Assembly (NCBI RefSeq): GCF_963921235.1
Contig: NC_086097.1
Location: 230,456,001-230,520,000, forward strand
Origin: Mobula hypostoma
Taxonomy: Eukaryota
Direction of reading: 5' to 3'
Length of the DNA: 64,000 bases
Made by a program: the position numbers and the translations under genes. The notes beneath the pieces were generated by a model, which searched no databases, was not told the DNA's origin, and saw only the letters and a list, made by a program, of their open reading frames with translations. The number at the start of each line of letters is the position of its first letter. Within the stretch, counting starts at the first letter, position 1. Shown piece by piece: positions 23,141-35,836 of this stretch.

Positions 23141-26100
23141 TGTTGTTCTGCCGGGCACTGTAGGCCTGCTACGTTGCAGCCGGAGTGCGCGGCGACACTT
23201 GTGCGTCGCTCCCCAGCGCACTCTCTGGTGGGTTGAGTTGTTAACACAAACGGCCCATTTCCATGCACACGTGACAACTAAACTGGAATCTTGCATTTTC
23301 CCAGAGTGTTTGTGGGAGCTTTCTCTGTACAGTCTAGGTGCTGCAATTCATATACTATAATAGTGATTGAAAGGATAATGTCTAGTGGCAGACCTTTCCC
23401 AGCACTCCAGTAGGAAGCGAGCTGTAGCTGCCTCGCGTTTGCACTCTGAGCAAGATCTGATTACTGTCCAATTGTTCAGCTGTACAAAAAGCAATAAAGG
23501 CAACAATGCTTACTACTTGGAAAAACTATTCAATGTTTGTACAACTTTGGACTATCCCAAAAGTGCCAATGAACAACACCATTCATTGTAAAGGAAGGTC
23601 GTCACTCACCCAAGGACATCTTTTTTTTGGCTCAGCATCCTCCATTTCCTTTGCAAATGTGAAAAGATTGACTCCTTTGTATGGTTTTTGTACAAAGTGT
23701 CGCTGTGGTTTGCCCGAGCAACCGAATTATAATTAACACCTCAGCCTCCAAGCCACATTAACAAATATTTCTTGCCGACTCTCTGCTCTCTTCATCGCAA
23801 GCGTCCGCACTTGCAGCAGTATGGTTCCGTGCATGGTGATTGTTTTACCATTCCCCACCCGAGTACCAGAGGGAGCAAGAAGTCCACAGTTTCTGACATT
23901 CCCTTTCTGTTCCTGACATTCCCTTTGTCTTTCTGGCTGGAAAGTATACACCCAAACATTGAATGGAGTCAACAATCAAGAACTGCAATATCGGCATGGT
24001 TTCCCATTCTGGACACACTGGGCCCTGAGGTCAATTACACTCTAACCCTGGCTAATACAGATGAAGGCAGAACCTGCAGTTATTCTGGATCAGCCGTTCC
24101 AAAGGTATAATTATTGCACTTTAACCCTGATCATCAGCTTCCCATGCATCGAAGTTTATTAACACTGCCCTGGATATGGAATTCCAGCAGTGAAGCAATG
24201 CTTGCTGCAGACTTCGAAGCAAAATGCTCTCAAAGATCTAGTGATCTGTGTGGTGAGAATTTCCCACTGTCAGCCTCCAAACTTCAAAGTTCAAAGTAAA
24301 TTTATCATCAAAGTACAGATATGTCACCATATACAACCCCGAGATTAATTTTCTTGCCGCCATTCACAGCAGAACAATTGTAAAACTTTGCACAAAGACT
24401 GACAAACAACCAATGTTCAAAAGAAGACAAATTGTGCAAATAAATAAATAATTAGACAGACAGATCAATAACTAGTTACATAATAAATATACCGACGATT
24501 AGATAGATAAATAAATAAATCAGGCTGAGAACATGAGTTGTAGAGTCCTTGAAACTAAGTTATGGATTCAGTTCAGTGTTGAGGAGAGTACAGTTGTCCA
24601 CGGTGGTTCAGGAGTCTGATGGTTAAATGGTGCTTCTTTTAGAGTTAGAGGTTATTAAGTTATAATATCATCCTATTATCTCAATTATACCTCATGAAAT
24701 GAAAGGTAACATTTTAAAGAATTTAAAAAATAAAGCATTGAGGGTATAATTTGTCAATACCTGAAATTTTTGTCAATTTTACAGATTTATATGGATAAAG
24801 GAGCTGAAGTCCCCTTCCTCCATTTCTCTTCATCCCATTTCCAAAATAGAACAACTGATAGCAATTACTGCATTTTCACATTCACCGTCACGTAAACATA
24901 ACCCAGAAGGTGCAGTCAGTTTTTTCTTCATTTTAACTATGAACACTGGTACAACCAAAATTCTCCAACCAAAACTAGACCAATAAAAATCAACAATTAC
25001 AGATCACTTGTACTGTACTGCCATTTGTAGTTAGACAAAGATATCCAGCTCTTGAAATAATTTATGTTTAATGATCTAATTACAAATTATAATGATATGC
25101 ATAAGGTATGTTTATCCCAGCTTATTGCAAAGAAGGTAAAAGAATGGTATGTGTGGTGTGAGAGGGGAGGGGCGGAAGAGACAGAGAGACAGACATATAT
25201 ATGGGGAGAGGGTTGAGGTTCCGATCCCTTATCTTACATGACTTGTTCCATCTGACACTTTTCCACTAATGCAATATTTTGGCTGGGTATAGTAGATAAG
25301 ATGGAATTGATAAGCCTACCTGTCAAAAGTTTTAGGATTTGGAAGTTGCTCTCAAAAGCATTCCATAAAACAATAAGTGATTTGGTGATTTATGTACGTA
25401 ACAGTTACTCACTATGCTACAGAGCCCAACAGTCACTATTTAAAATGCAACTTTTAAATGATTAGAAATACCATATCCACTCGGGTAATGATTTCAGCTA
25501 CAAGTATGTTCCAGGCTTGTCAGAATTAAGAGTTAACATTACATAAACTGAGGGTTGGGCATTTCATCTGTGATATGTTTCATGAACCGGGTATTTTCTT
25601 TCAGCTTGGATGAGAATTTAAATTATTTATGGATATGATGTATTCAATTAGAATAAAATCAAAAAATGCTGGAAATGTTCAGCAAAACAGGGCACATCTG
25701 TGAGAGGAGAAAGAGGGTTAACATTTCAGGCTGAAATGTTAATTCTGATTCTCTTCCCATTGATGCAGTCTGATCTGTTGAGAACTTCCAACAGTTTCTG
25801 TTTTAATTTTAGATTTCCAGATTTGTTTACGATCAATTAGAGGTTCAGTGATTTACTTACAAATATTTTTAATAACCACTTAATGTGAAGAAAATGCAGC
25901 TGACATGATTATTTTCACTTGCAATGGCTGTAAGATATCATTGCAAAATTACCAGGCCCTGCACAATGGAGAGGAAAATAAAACTCCAATGCAAGTTCAT
26001 TTTCTGATGTTCAGGATTTCTCAGCTATGTACAGATATTGCTCAGAATATCCTGCTCACTGTACAAGTGGTTGTCAGTCAAGTCGCTGACTCAGCTTTTT

Positions 26101-26959
26101 GCCAGAATACAGATCAATCAACTGATATATTCTAAAAACAAGTTATACTACTGGATGTTAGAAAGTTAATCCTAACTAGCTAAGGATATTCACCAACCCT
26201 TCCTTTCTGAAAACTCCTGATTAATATCTCAATGCTGGTGGGAAAACAAAATCAACAAAACACTTACTGAAAAGAAACTAGCTTTGTTAACCTGCTGACA
26301 AATTAATTATGTGTTGGAATAGTGGTTTTCTCTATTCCCATAAAAGTGTAGAGTGAGTTGATAAATAGCCACAATACAGCTGCCACGTCAAATATGATCT
26401 CCTTTTAAACAAGAGTATTAATTAAAGCTAGGTTACAAGGTTATCTTTTGGCTGATTAATACAAATTGAGCTGCTTAAAGGTTCGGCAGTCAGAAATGTA
26501 AATGGTATGAATATTTAAACAGGTGCTGGCTGATAGCAGAACATAAATGACGTTTCCAAGATAATTTAGAGAGGTCACAGGTCCTTTACCCTTCTGGCTG
26601 TTGTGATATGATTGCTGAGCCCATCAAAGTCAAAAAATATTTCACTTTCTAGCAGATGATTCATATTGTACTGTTTTACCAAACTGCACCAGTTCGGCAG
26701 GCACAGACCACATTGTTGCTGACAGTCCATTTAAACCTCTACTGTCAAAATGGCTCTTCATCTGCTCTTTAATAATAATCTAAAAAGAATGACTCATACT
26801 TCCATTAAACCTTAGAGGAAAAAATAATTCAGAGATTACCCTTCCCCTTCTACTTTCATTGTGAAGCTGCAAATCAAGAAACATAAATCAATTTGCGTGT
26901 TGTTGGTAGTTGTATTTACCATTTCATTTCACTTGTCTAAAATTGAATCTCTCACATGT

Positions 26960-27242
26960 AGTAGTAAACTGCTGCACTCTGGGCAGGAGAACACAAACAA
27001 CTCTACTTTGCACTCATGTTCTTTATCTTGTTATTTCATGTTCTCATTATTTATTGCTGTTCATTTATATTTGCATTTGCACAGTTTGTTGTCTTCTGCA
27101 CTCTGGTTGATCTTTCATTGATCCTGTTACAGTTACTATTCTATAGATTTGCTGAGTGTGCCCAGAGGAAAATGAATCTCATGGTTGTATGTGGTGACAT
27201 GAACAGGTATGTACTCTGTTAATAAAATTCGCTTTGAACTTT
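26960..27242 (+). mobile_element. L2/Rex-type 3' UTR with (TTTGAAC) tail; related copies at 44170-44605 (+) and 24280-24640 (-)
   Basis: GAGTGTGCCCAGAGGAAAATGAATCTCATGGTTGTATGTGGTGACAT...AATAAA...CTTTGAACTTT. Confidence 0.6.
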
Positions 27243-27823
27243 CAAGCTCAACTCACGTCTTCTAGGCAAATTGAACAGAGCTACTTTCAAAATGGTTTTT
27301 ATACTAAGTTTCTCAACATAATTAATATCCCCTTCAAAATGAAGCAAAATGGATTTCATTCTGTATATTTTACAAGTAGTAAAAGGCAGAAAGAATAAAA
27401 TGCTTTGAATCCTTTGTTATAAGGATGAACAACCCAATGTGAAATCGAGCAATTCGTCAGGCAATAACCATCAGACAGGTACAGTATAAAGAAATGTTCA
27501 CATGCACACAATATGCAAGTTCTAGAAGCACCAGGAGGGCAGCAGTGTTAGTTTTGGTGTCACAGCCTTCTGGTGGACCAGTGATTATCCTAACCTAATC
27601 TTCATTCCTCCAGTTCCATCCACTTATCTCAGAGGCCACCACCGATAAAGAAGACAGTCCAAAATTTGCTCCTTGATACAGACTGTTGGCCAAAATACCA
27701 GTAATGAAGCTCAAAGATCAAATCTGGTTAGCACTCCTTCTGGCCTCCGACACGAGCTGTCCAGTGCACGTTGTGACTTGAACACAAGCACAGCCAAGAT
27801 ATATCTGCGCCAGGTGCACCGAG

Positions 27824-28687
27824 TTGCAGCTCCTCAGAGACCGTGTTAGGGATCTGGAGCTGCAGCTTGATGACCTACTGCTTATCAGGGAAAGTGAAGA
27901 GGTGATAGACAGGAGCTACAGGGAGGTAGTCATCCCTAGGCTACAGGAGTCAGTAGTCATCCCTAGGCTACAGGAGTCAGAACACTGGGTCACTGTCAAG
28001 AGAGGGAAGGGAAATGCCCGGATAGTGGAGAGCACCCTTGTGGCTGTCCCCTTCAGCAACAAATATCTTGTTCTGGATGCTGTTGAGGGGGATGACCTGA
28101 CGGGGGACGCCCACGGTGACCGGGTCTCTGGCACTGAGCCTGGCGCTGTTGTGCAGGAGAGAAGGAGGGTGAAGAGAAATGTGGTAGTCGTGGGGGATTC
28201 CATAGTCAGGGGAACAGACAGGAGATTCTGTGAGCCTGACAGAGATACCCGCATGGTGTGTTGCCTCCCAGGTGCCAGGGTACGGGATGTCTCGGATCGG
28301 GTCCTGAATATTCTAAAGGGGGAGGGTGAGCAGCCAGTTGTCTTGGTACATGTTGGTACCAACGACATAGATAGGACAAAGGAGGAGGTCCTGAAGAGAG
28401 ATTTCCAGGAGTTAGGAAGGAAGCTGAGAAGCAGGACCTCCAGGGTAGTAATCTTGGGATTGCTACCTGTGCCACGTGCTAGCGAGGGCAAGAGTAGTCG
28501 GATCAGGCAGATGAATGCCTGGCTGAGAGACTGGTGTAGGGGGCAGGGCTTCAGATTCTTGGATAATTGGGATCTCTTCTGGGGGAAGTATGACCTGTTC
28601 AAAAAGGACAGGTTACACCTGAACCCGAAGGGGACCAATATCCTGGTGGAAAAGTTTAATAGAGCTGTTAGGGAGGGTTTAAACTAA
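27824..28687 (+). CDS. CR1 ORF1: coiled coil plus SGNH/GDSL-like esterase domain (N-terminus truncated)
   Basis: Preceded in frame by ICARCTE. Contains LRDRVRDLELQL (coiled coil), VVVGDSIVRG, VHVGTND and DRLHLN esterase blocks. Confidence 0.88.
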   Translation: MQLLRDRVRDLELQLDDLLLIRESEEVIDRSYREVVIPRLQESVVIPRLQESEHWVTVKRGKGNARIVESTLVAVPFSNKYLVLDAVEGDDLTGDAHGDRVSGTEPGAVVQERRRVKRNVVVVGDSIVRGTDRRFCEPDRDTRMVCCLPGARVRDVSDRVLNILKGEGEQPVVLVHVGTNDIDRTKEEVLKRDFQELGRKLRSRTSRVVILGLLPVPRASEGKSSRIRQMNAWLRDWCRGQGFRFLDNWDLFWGKYDLFKKDRLHLNPKGTNILVEKFNRAVREGLN

Positions 28688-31671
28688 TTTGGCAGGGGGA
28701 TGGGAACCGGAATAATAGAGCTGAGGAAGGGGAAAACAGAAATAAATCTAAGATAGTGAGCAGTAAAGATGTCAGGAAAGACAGGCAGGTGATGGGGCAA
28801 ATGCGTAGCCATTGGGATGAGTTGCAGTGCAATAAAGTTGCAGTGAAATCAAAGCAAAAAATATCAAATACTGGTCTTAAGGTGTTGTACTTAAATGCAC
28901 GCAGCATAAGAAATAAGGTGGATGATCTTGTTGTACAGCTACAGATTGGCAGATATGATATTGTGGCCATCACTGAGACCTGGCTAAAGGATGCATGTCT
29001 CTGGGAGCTGAACGTCCAAGGATACACGGTGTATCGGAAGGATAGGAAGGTAGGCAGAGGGGGAGGCGTGGCTTTATTGGTAGGAAATGATATTAAATCA
29101 TTAGAAAGAGGTGATATAGGATCGGAAGGTGCAGAATCTTTATGGGTTGAGCTAAGGAATAGCAGGGGTAAAAGGACCCCGATGGCAGTTATTTATAGGC
29201 CTCCAAACAGCTGCAGGAATGTGGACTACAAATTACAAGTGGAAATAGAAAAGGCTTGTCAGGACGGCAGTGTTATGATAATTGTGGGGGATTTTAACAC
29301 GCGAGTAGATTGGAAAAATCAGGTCGGCACTGGATCTCAAGAGAGAGAATTTGTAGGATGTCTGTGAGATGGCTTTTTAGAACAGCTTGTTGTTGAGCCC
29401 ACTAGGGGATCGGCTGTACTGGATTGGGTATTGTGTAATGAACCGGAGGTGATTGGAGAGATTGAGGTGAAGGAACCCTCAGGAGGCAGTGATCATAACA
29501 TGATTGAGTTCACTGTGAAATTAGAAAAAGAGAAGCCGAAATCTGATGTGTCAGTGTTTCAGTGGAGTAAAGGAAACTACAGTGGCATGAGAGAGGAACT
29601 GGCCAAAGTTGACTGGAAAGAGACACTGGCGGGAAAGACGGCAGAGCAGCGGTGGCTGGAGTTTATGCGAGAAATGAGGAATGTGCAAGACAGGTATATT
29701 CCAAAAAAGAAGAAATTTTCGAGTGGAAAAAGGATGCAACCGTGGTTGACAAGAGAAGTCAAAGCCAAAGTTAAAGCTAAGGAGAGGGCATACAAGGAAG
29801 CAAAAATTAGTGGGAAGACAGAGGATTGGGAAGTCTTTAAAACCTTACAAAAGGAAACCAAGAAGGTCATTAAGAGAGAAAAGATTAACTATGAAAGGAA
29901 ACTAGCGAATAATATCAAAGAGGATACTAAAAGCTTTTTCAAGTATATAAAGAGTAAAAGACAGTTGAGAGTAGATATAGGACCGATAGAAAATGATACT
30001 GGAGAAATTGTAATGGGAGATGAGGAGATGGCAGAGGAACTGAACAAGTATTTTGCATCAGTCTTCACTGAGGAAGACAGCAGGACACTGGACACTCAAG
30101 GGTGGCAGGGAAGAGAAGTGTGTGCAGTCACAATTACGACAGAGAAAGTACTCAGGAAGCTGAATAGGCTAAGGGTCGATAAATTTCCTGGACCAGATGG
30201 AATGCACCCTCGTGTTCTGAAGGAAGTAGCTGTGGAGATTGTGGAGGCATTAGCAATGATCTTTCAAAAATCGATAGATTCTGGCATGGTTCCGGAAGAC
30301 TGGAAGATTGCAAATGTCACTCTGCTATTTAAGAAGGGGGCAAGGAAGCAAAAAGGAAATTATAGACCTGTTAGCTTGACGTTGGTGGTTGGGAAGTTTG
30401 TTGGAGTCGATTGTCAAGGATGAGGTTACAGAGTACCTGGAGGCATATGACAAGATAAGCAGAACTCAGCATGGATTCCTCAAAGGAAAATCCTGCCTGA
30501 CAAACCTATTACAATTTTTTGAGGAAATTACCAGTAGGCTAGACAAGGGAGATGCAGTGGATGTTGTATATTTGGATTTTCAGAAGGCCTTTGACAAGGT
30601 GCCACACATGAGGCTGCTTAACAAGATAAGAGCCCATGGAATTACAGGAAAGTTACATACGTGGATAGAGCGTTGGCTGATTGGCAGGAAACAGAGAGTG
30701 GGAATAAAGGGATCTTATTCTGGTTGGCTGCCGGTTACCAGTGGTTTTCCACAGGGGTCCGTGTTGGGGCCGCTTCTTTTTACGTTGTACATCAACGATT
30801 TAGATTATGGAATAGATGGCTTTGTGGCTAAGTTTGCTGATGATACAAAGATAGGTGGAGGGGCCGGTAGTGCTGAGGAAACGGAGAGTCTGCAGAGAGA
30901 CTTGGATAGATTGGAAGAATGGGCAGAGAAGTGGCAAATGAAGTACAATGTTGGAAAGTGTATGGTTATGCACTTTGGCAGAAAAAATAAACGGGCAGAC
31001 TATTATTTAAATGGGGAAAGAATTCAAAGTTCTGAGATGCAACGGGACTTGGGAGTCCTCGTACAGGATTCCCTTAAAGTTAACCTCCAGGTTGAGTCGG
31101 TAGTGAAGAAGGCGAATGCATGTTGGCATTCATTTCTAGAGGAATAGAGTATAGGAGCAGGGATGTGATGTTGAGGCTCTATAAGGCGCTGGTGAGACCT
31201 CACTTGGAGTACTGTGGGCAGTTTTGGTCTCCTTATTTAAGAAAGGATGTGCTGACGTTGGAGAGGGTACAGAGAAGATTCACTAGAATGATTCCGGGAA
31301 TGAGAGGGTTAACATATGAGGAACGTTTGTCCGCTCTTGGACTGTATTCCTTGGAGTTTAGAAGAATGAGGGGAGACCTCATAGAAACATTTCGAATGTT
31401 AAAAGGAATGGACAGAGTGGATGTGGCAAAGTTGTTTCCCATGATGGGGGAGTCTAGTACGAGAGGGCATGACTTCAGGATTGAAGGGCGTCCTTTCAGA
31501 ACAGAAATGCGAACAAATTTTTTTAGTCAGAGGGTGGTGAATCTATGGAATTTGTTGCCACGGGCAGCAGTGGAGGACTAGTCATTGGGTGTATTTAAGG
31601 CAGAGATTGGTAGGTATCTGAGTAGCCAGGGCATCAAAGGTTATGGTGAGAAGGCGGGGCAGTGGGACTAA
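28684..31671 (+). pseudogene. CR1 ORF2 (APE endonuclease plus reverse transcriptase), disrupted
   Basis: [58 protein letters not shown]. Premature stops at 29365-29367 and 31579-31581, frameshifts near 30400 and 31120, natural stop at 31669-31671. Confidence 0.92.
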
Positions 31672-32744
31672 ATAGGAGAAAATGGATCAGCTCATGATAA
31701 AATGGCAGAGCAGACACGATGGGCCGAATGGCCTACTTCTGCTCCTTTGTCTTATGGTCTTATGGTCTTATATCCACAAGTTGATTTTATAAAAATAAGA
31801 CAAGCACACAGCTTAAAGTACAGTAGCTGTTTCTTATTACCTGAATTTGCCAAAACTTGTATTCTAGAGTTAGTGTGCAACAAAATTACACTATATGGAC
31901 TCATTTTTCTCTAATGATACAAACCTACAGCTCATATCCATCTTTTAAGAATGAACCACTGAACTAATAACATAAATCTGAGCATTATAAGTCTCAGTTT
32001 AAAAAATGAAAAGCCATTTTAGTCATGGATTAGTTTGGCAATAGTCCTCTCCTTCCCTTTCATTATTTCCCATAAATCAGTACAAATGAAAACATTGCCC
32101 TCTATTTTCCAACAGGATATTTTCTTGTAGCAAATTAGAAAATTAAACAGACTTTTGATTAACAAGCATTAACTACATACTTAAGAACCGTTCTACAGCA
32201 ATCAGAAACAGAATTTATATTCTTTTAAAATGTTGTGTTAAAAATGGCACAGCATGTTGTAAGTAGGCATGGGGATAGCAACCCTATCCTGTAAAAACTC
32301 AGAGCTACAGAAATCCAACATAATTGCCAAAGACCCCATCCCTGGGTAAGGAAGGATCTATCAGCGGGCTATGCTCCACTAGGGGTGATTGGCTGAAGAA
32401 CTGGCAAGCAGGTGAAGACTATTGATAATGGCTTGGGTCATGCGTCCTTGTAAGACACTGCCTAGAAGGTGGCAATGGCAAACCACTTCTGCAGGAAAAA
32501 TCGCTGAGAACAATAATGTTCACCATGATCGTCTACATCATAAGACACTGCACATAATAATAATGGGCTTATGAAGATGATGTTGCAAATAAATCATGCT
32601 ACACATCTGTAAAGCTCTTCAAACCAGCTTTAAAAAAACCCTAGCAAATCTTTTAAAATGCCTTTGCCGTAACAGGACCAAATTGTAGAATGTGTCTTCT
32701 ACAGTTAATGCTGGTGTTTTAATCACACCAGTTTCAAACAACTG

Positions 32745-35700
32745 ATAGAAACAAAGAAACATAGAAAACCTACAGCATAAGCTCCATGTACTTATCCAGG
32801 AGTCTCTTAAAAGACCCTATCCTATCTGCCTCCACCACCGTCGCCGGCATCCCATTCCACGCTCTCACCACTCTCTGAGTAAAACATTTACCCCAGACAT
32901 CTCCTCTGTGCCTACTTCCAAGCACCTTAAAACTGTGCCCTCTCCTGTTAGCCATTTCAGCCCTGGGAAAAAGCCTTTGATTATCCACATGATCAATGCC
33001 TTTCATCATTTTATATACCTGTATCAGGTCACCTCTCATCCTCCATCGCTCCAAGGAGAAAAGGCCAAGTTCACTCAACCTGTTTTCATAAGGCATGCTC
33101 CCCAATCTAGACAACGTCCTTGTAAATCTCCTCTGCACCCTTTCTATACTTTCCATATCCTTCCTGCAGTGAGGTGACCAGAACTGAGCACAGTACTCCA
33201 AGTGGAGTCTGACCAGGGTGCTATACAGCTCTAACATTACCTCTCAGCTCTTGAACTCAATCCCACGGTTGATGAAGGCCAATGCACTGTATGCTTGCTT
33301 AACCACAGAGTCAATCTACGCAGCAGCTTTGAGTGTCCTATGGACTCGGACCCCAAGATCCCTCTGATTCTCCACACTGCCAAGAGTCTTGCCATTGTAT
33401 TTGACCCACCAGACTGAACCACCTCACACTTATCTGGGTTGAACTCCATCTGCCACTTCTCAGCCCAGTTTTGCATCCTATCGATGTCCCACTGTAACCT
33501 CTGACAGCCCTCCACACTATCCACAACACCCCCAACCTTTGTGTCATCAGCAAATTTACTAACCCATCATTCCACTTCCTCATCCAGATCATTTATAAAA
33601 ATCACTAAGAGAAGGGGTCCCAAAACAGATCCCTGAGGCATACCACTGGTCACCAACTTCCATGAAGAATATGACCTGTCTACAATCGCTCTTTGCCTTT
33701 TGTGGGCAAGCCATTTCTGGATCCACAAAGCAAGATCTCCTTGGATCCCATGCTTTCTCAATAACCCTGGCATGGGTTAACTTATCAAATGCCTTTCTGA
33801 AATCTATATACACTACACCTACTGCTCTACCTTCATCAATGTGTTCAGTCACATCCTCAAAAAATTCAATCAAGCTCGTAAGGCACGACCTGCCTTTGGC
33901 AAGGCCATGCTGATTATTCCTAATCATATTATACCTCTCCAAATGTTCATAAATCCTGCCTCTCAGGATCTGCTCCATCAATTTACCAACCCCTGAAGTA
34001 AGACTCACTGGTCTATAATTTCCTGGGCTATCTCTACTTCCTTTCTTGAATAAGGGAACAACATCTGCAATCCTCCAGTCCTTCGGAACCTCTCCCGTCC
34101 CCATTGATAATGCAAAGATCATCGCCAGAGGCTCAGCAATCTCCTTCCTCACCTCCCACAGTAGTCTGGGGTACATTTCGTCTGGTCCTGGTGCCTTATC
34201 CAACTTGATGCTTTCCAAAAGCTGCAGCACATCCTCTTTCTTAATGTCTATATACTCAACCTTTTCAGTCTGCTGTAAGTCATCCATACAATCGCCAAGG
34301 TCCTTTTCCACAGTGAATACTGAAGCAAAGTATTCATTAAGTACCTCTGCTATCTCCTCCAGTTCCATACATACTTTTCCACTGTCACACTTGATTGGTC
34401 CTATTCTGTCACGTCTTATCCTCTTGCTCTTCACATACTTGTAGAATACCTTGGTGTTTTCCTTAATCCTGCTCACCAAGGCCTTCCTCCTGGCCTCTTC
34501 TGGCCTTCCTAATTTCATTCTTAAACTCCTTCCTGTTAGCCTTACAATTTTCTGGATCTCTATCATTACCTAGTTTTTCGAACCTTTTGTAAGCTTTTCT
34601 TTTCTTCTTTTACGTACCTCAAGGAGATCTGTGATTTTTTTTTGTGAGAATAATGTACTGGTCTTTTGGAGGTCACCTGATGTAGTTTTCCCGCCGATGT
34701 GAGGTCACGTGGGGACATGTTCACCACGGGTATATAAGGGAAGACCTCAGATGACGCGGTTAGGTTTTTAGTTTTTAGTTTTCCAGCTAGAACGTTAATG
34801 TGTCTCCATTCCTGTTGCGTATTTGTTTTTATGACGCAGTTTCATTTTTAAAACGGAGTGTTACATTCTGTTGCAAGGTATGATAGTGCTGGATTGGCAA
34901 TTTTTGCTAGATGTGTTGATGGACCTTTTTCCAGCAGTACTGGAGAGTGAAGACTTTATCGAAGTACAGGACCCGAAGCATTAAGAGAAGTTGGTATCGT
35001 TCGGCAGTTTAACAAAGGATCAACCTTATAGAGTCTTCGTTGAAGGAGTAGCGACCTGCATTAAAGATAACTCTTGCCAAAAGAGGAAGGTAGTTCATGC
35101 AAGGTGCTCTCTAGAATTTAAGGTCAGCTGTTTTAAACTGTTTATTTCCTGCATCGTGAATCCTTTGGGCAGAACCAGCAGGAAAGTTGTGTCTATGAAG
35201 AAATCCTTCTCCAGAGAAGTCTCTCCCAATTGAATGTATAAATCTGTTGGACTTTTGAATTTACCATTTTAAGAACTGTATCTGACTTTACCGCTTTAAG
35301 AACTGTTTTCACATTTATCACTTTAAGAATCAGTACCGAGTGACGATTTGTTGAATGGCTGCATAGCGGTTAACTTCCGGTTAAGGTTTTTCGTTTGTGT
35401 TTTATTGTTTATCCGTGTTTAATAAATGTTTGGTTGTTTTTATGTCTCGATTGACAGTCATTGTTGTCGGTTACATAACACTTCTTGAGTAGATTTTCAA
35501 CAGCCTTTGTACACCATGGTTCCTGTACCCTACCATCTTTTCCCTGTCTCATTGTAACATAGCTATGCAGAACGCCACACAAATATCCCCTGAACATTTG
35601 CCACATTTCTGCCGTACACTTCCTTGAGTACATCTGTTCCCAATTTATGCTTCCAAGTTCCTGCCTGATAGCTTCATATTTCCCCTTACTCCAATTAAAT

Positions 35701-35836
35701 ACTTTTCTAACTTGTCTGTTCCTATCCCTCTCCAATGCGATGGTAAAGGAGATAGAATTGTGATCACTATCTCCAAAATGCTCTCCCACTGAGAGATCTG
35801 ACACCTGACCAGGTTCATTTCCCAATACCAGATCAA
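32745..35836 (-). mobile_element. 5'-truncated CR1 (second subfamily) interrupted by a solo LTR
   Basis: ORF pieces [35 protein letters not shown] and VRLHLEYCAQFWSPH; (ATAGAAAC) tail at the left end. Confidence 0.9.
34608..35480 (+). mobile_element. Solo LTR, Gypsy-type, 873 bp
   Basis: Termini TTTTACGTAC (likely TGTTACGTAC originally) and GTTACATAACA form imperfect inverted ends. 4-bp TSD CTTC at 34604-34607 and 35481-35484. TATATAAG near 34731 and AATAAA at 35421. The CR1 is colinear on both sides. Confidence 0.8.

Larger units (their letters stand above)
27800..31771 (+). mobile_element. Near-intact CR1 LINE, 5'-truncated within the ORF1 zinc finger
   Basis: ORF1 plus ORF2 (APE-RT) plus a 3' UTR ending (TCTTATGG)n; only a few inactivating lesions. 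Confidence 0.95.

Noticed and set aside
27916..28638. 240-aa minus-strand ORF and similar long antisense ORFs (34046, 53611, 58939, 4149)
   Set aside because: These are antisense shadows of LINE coding sequence.
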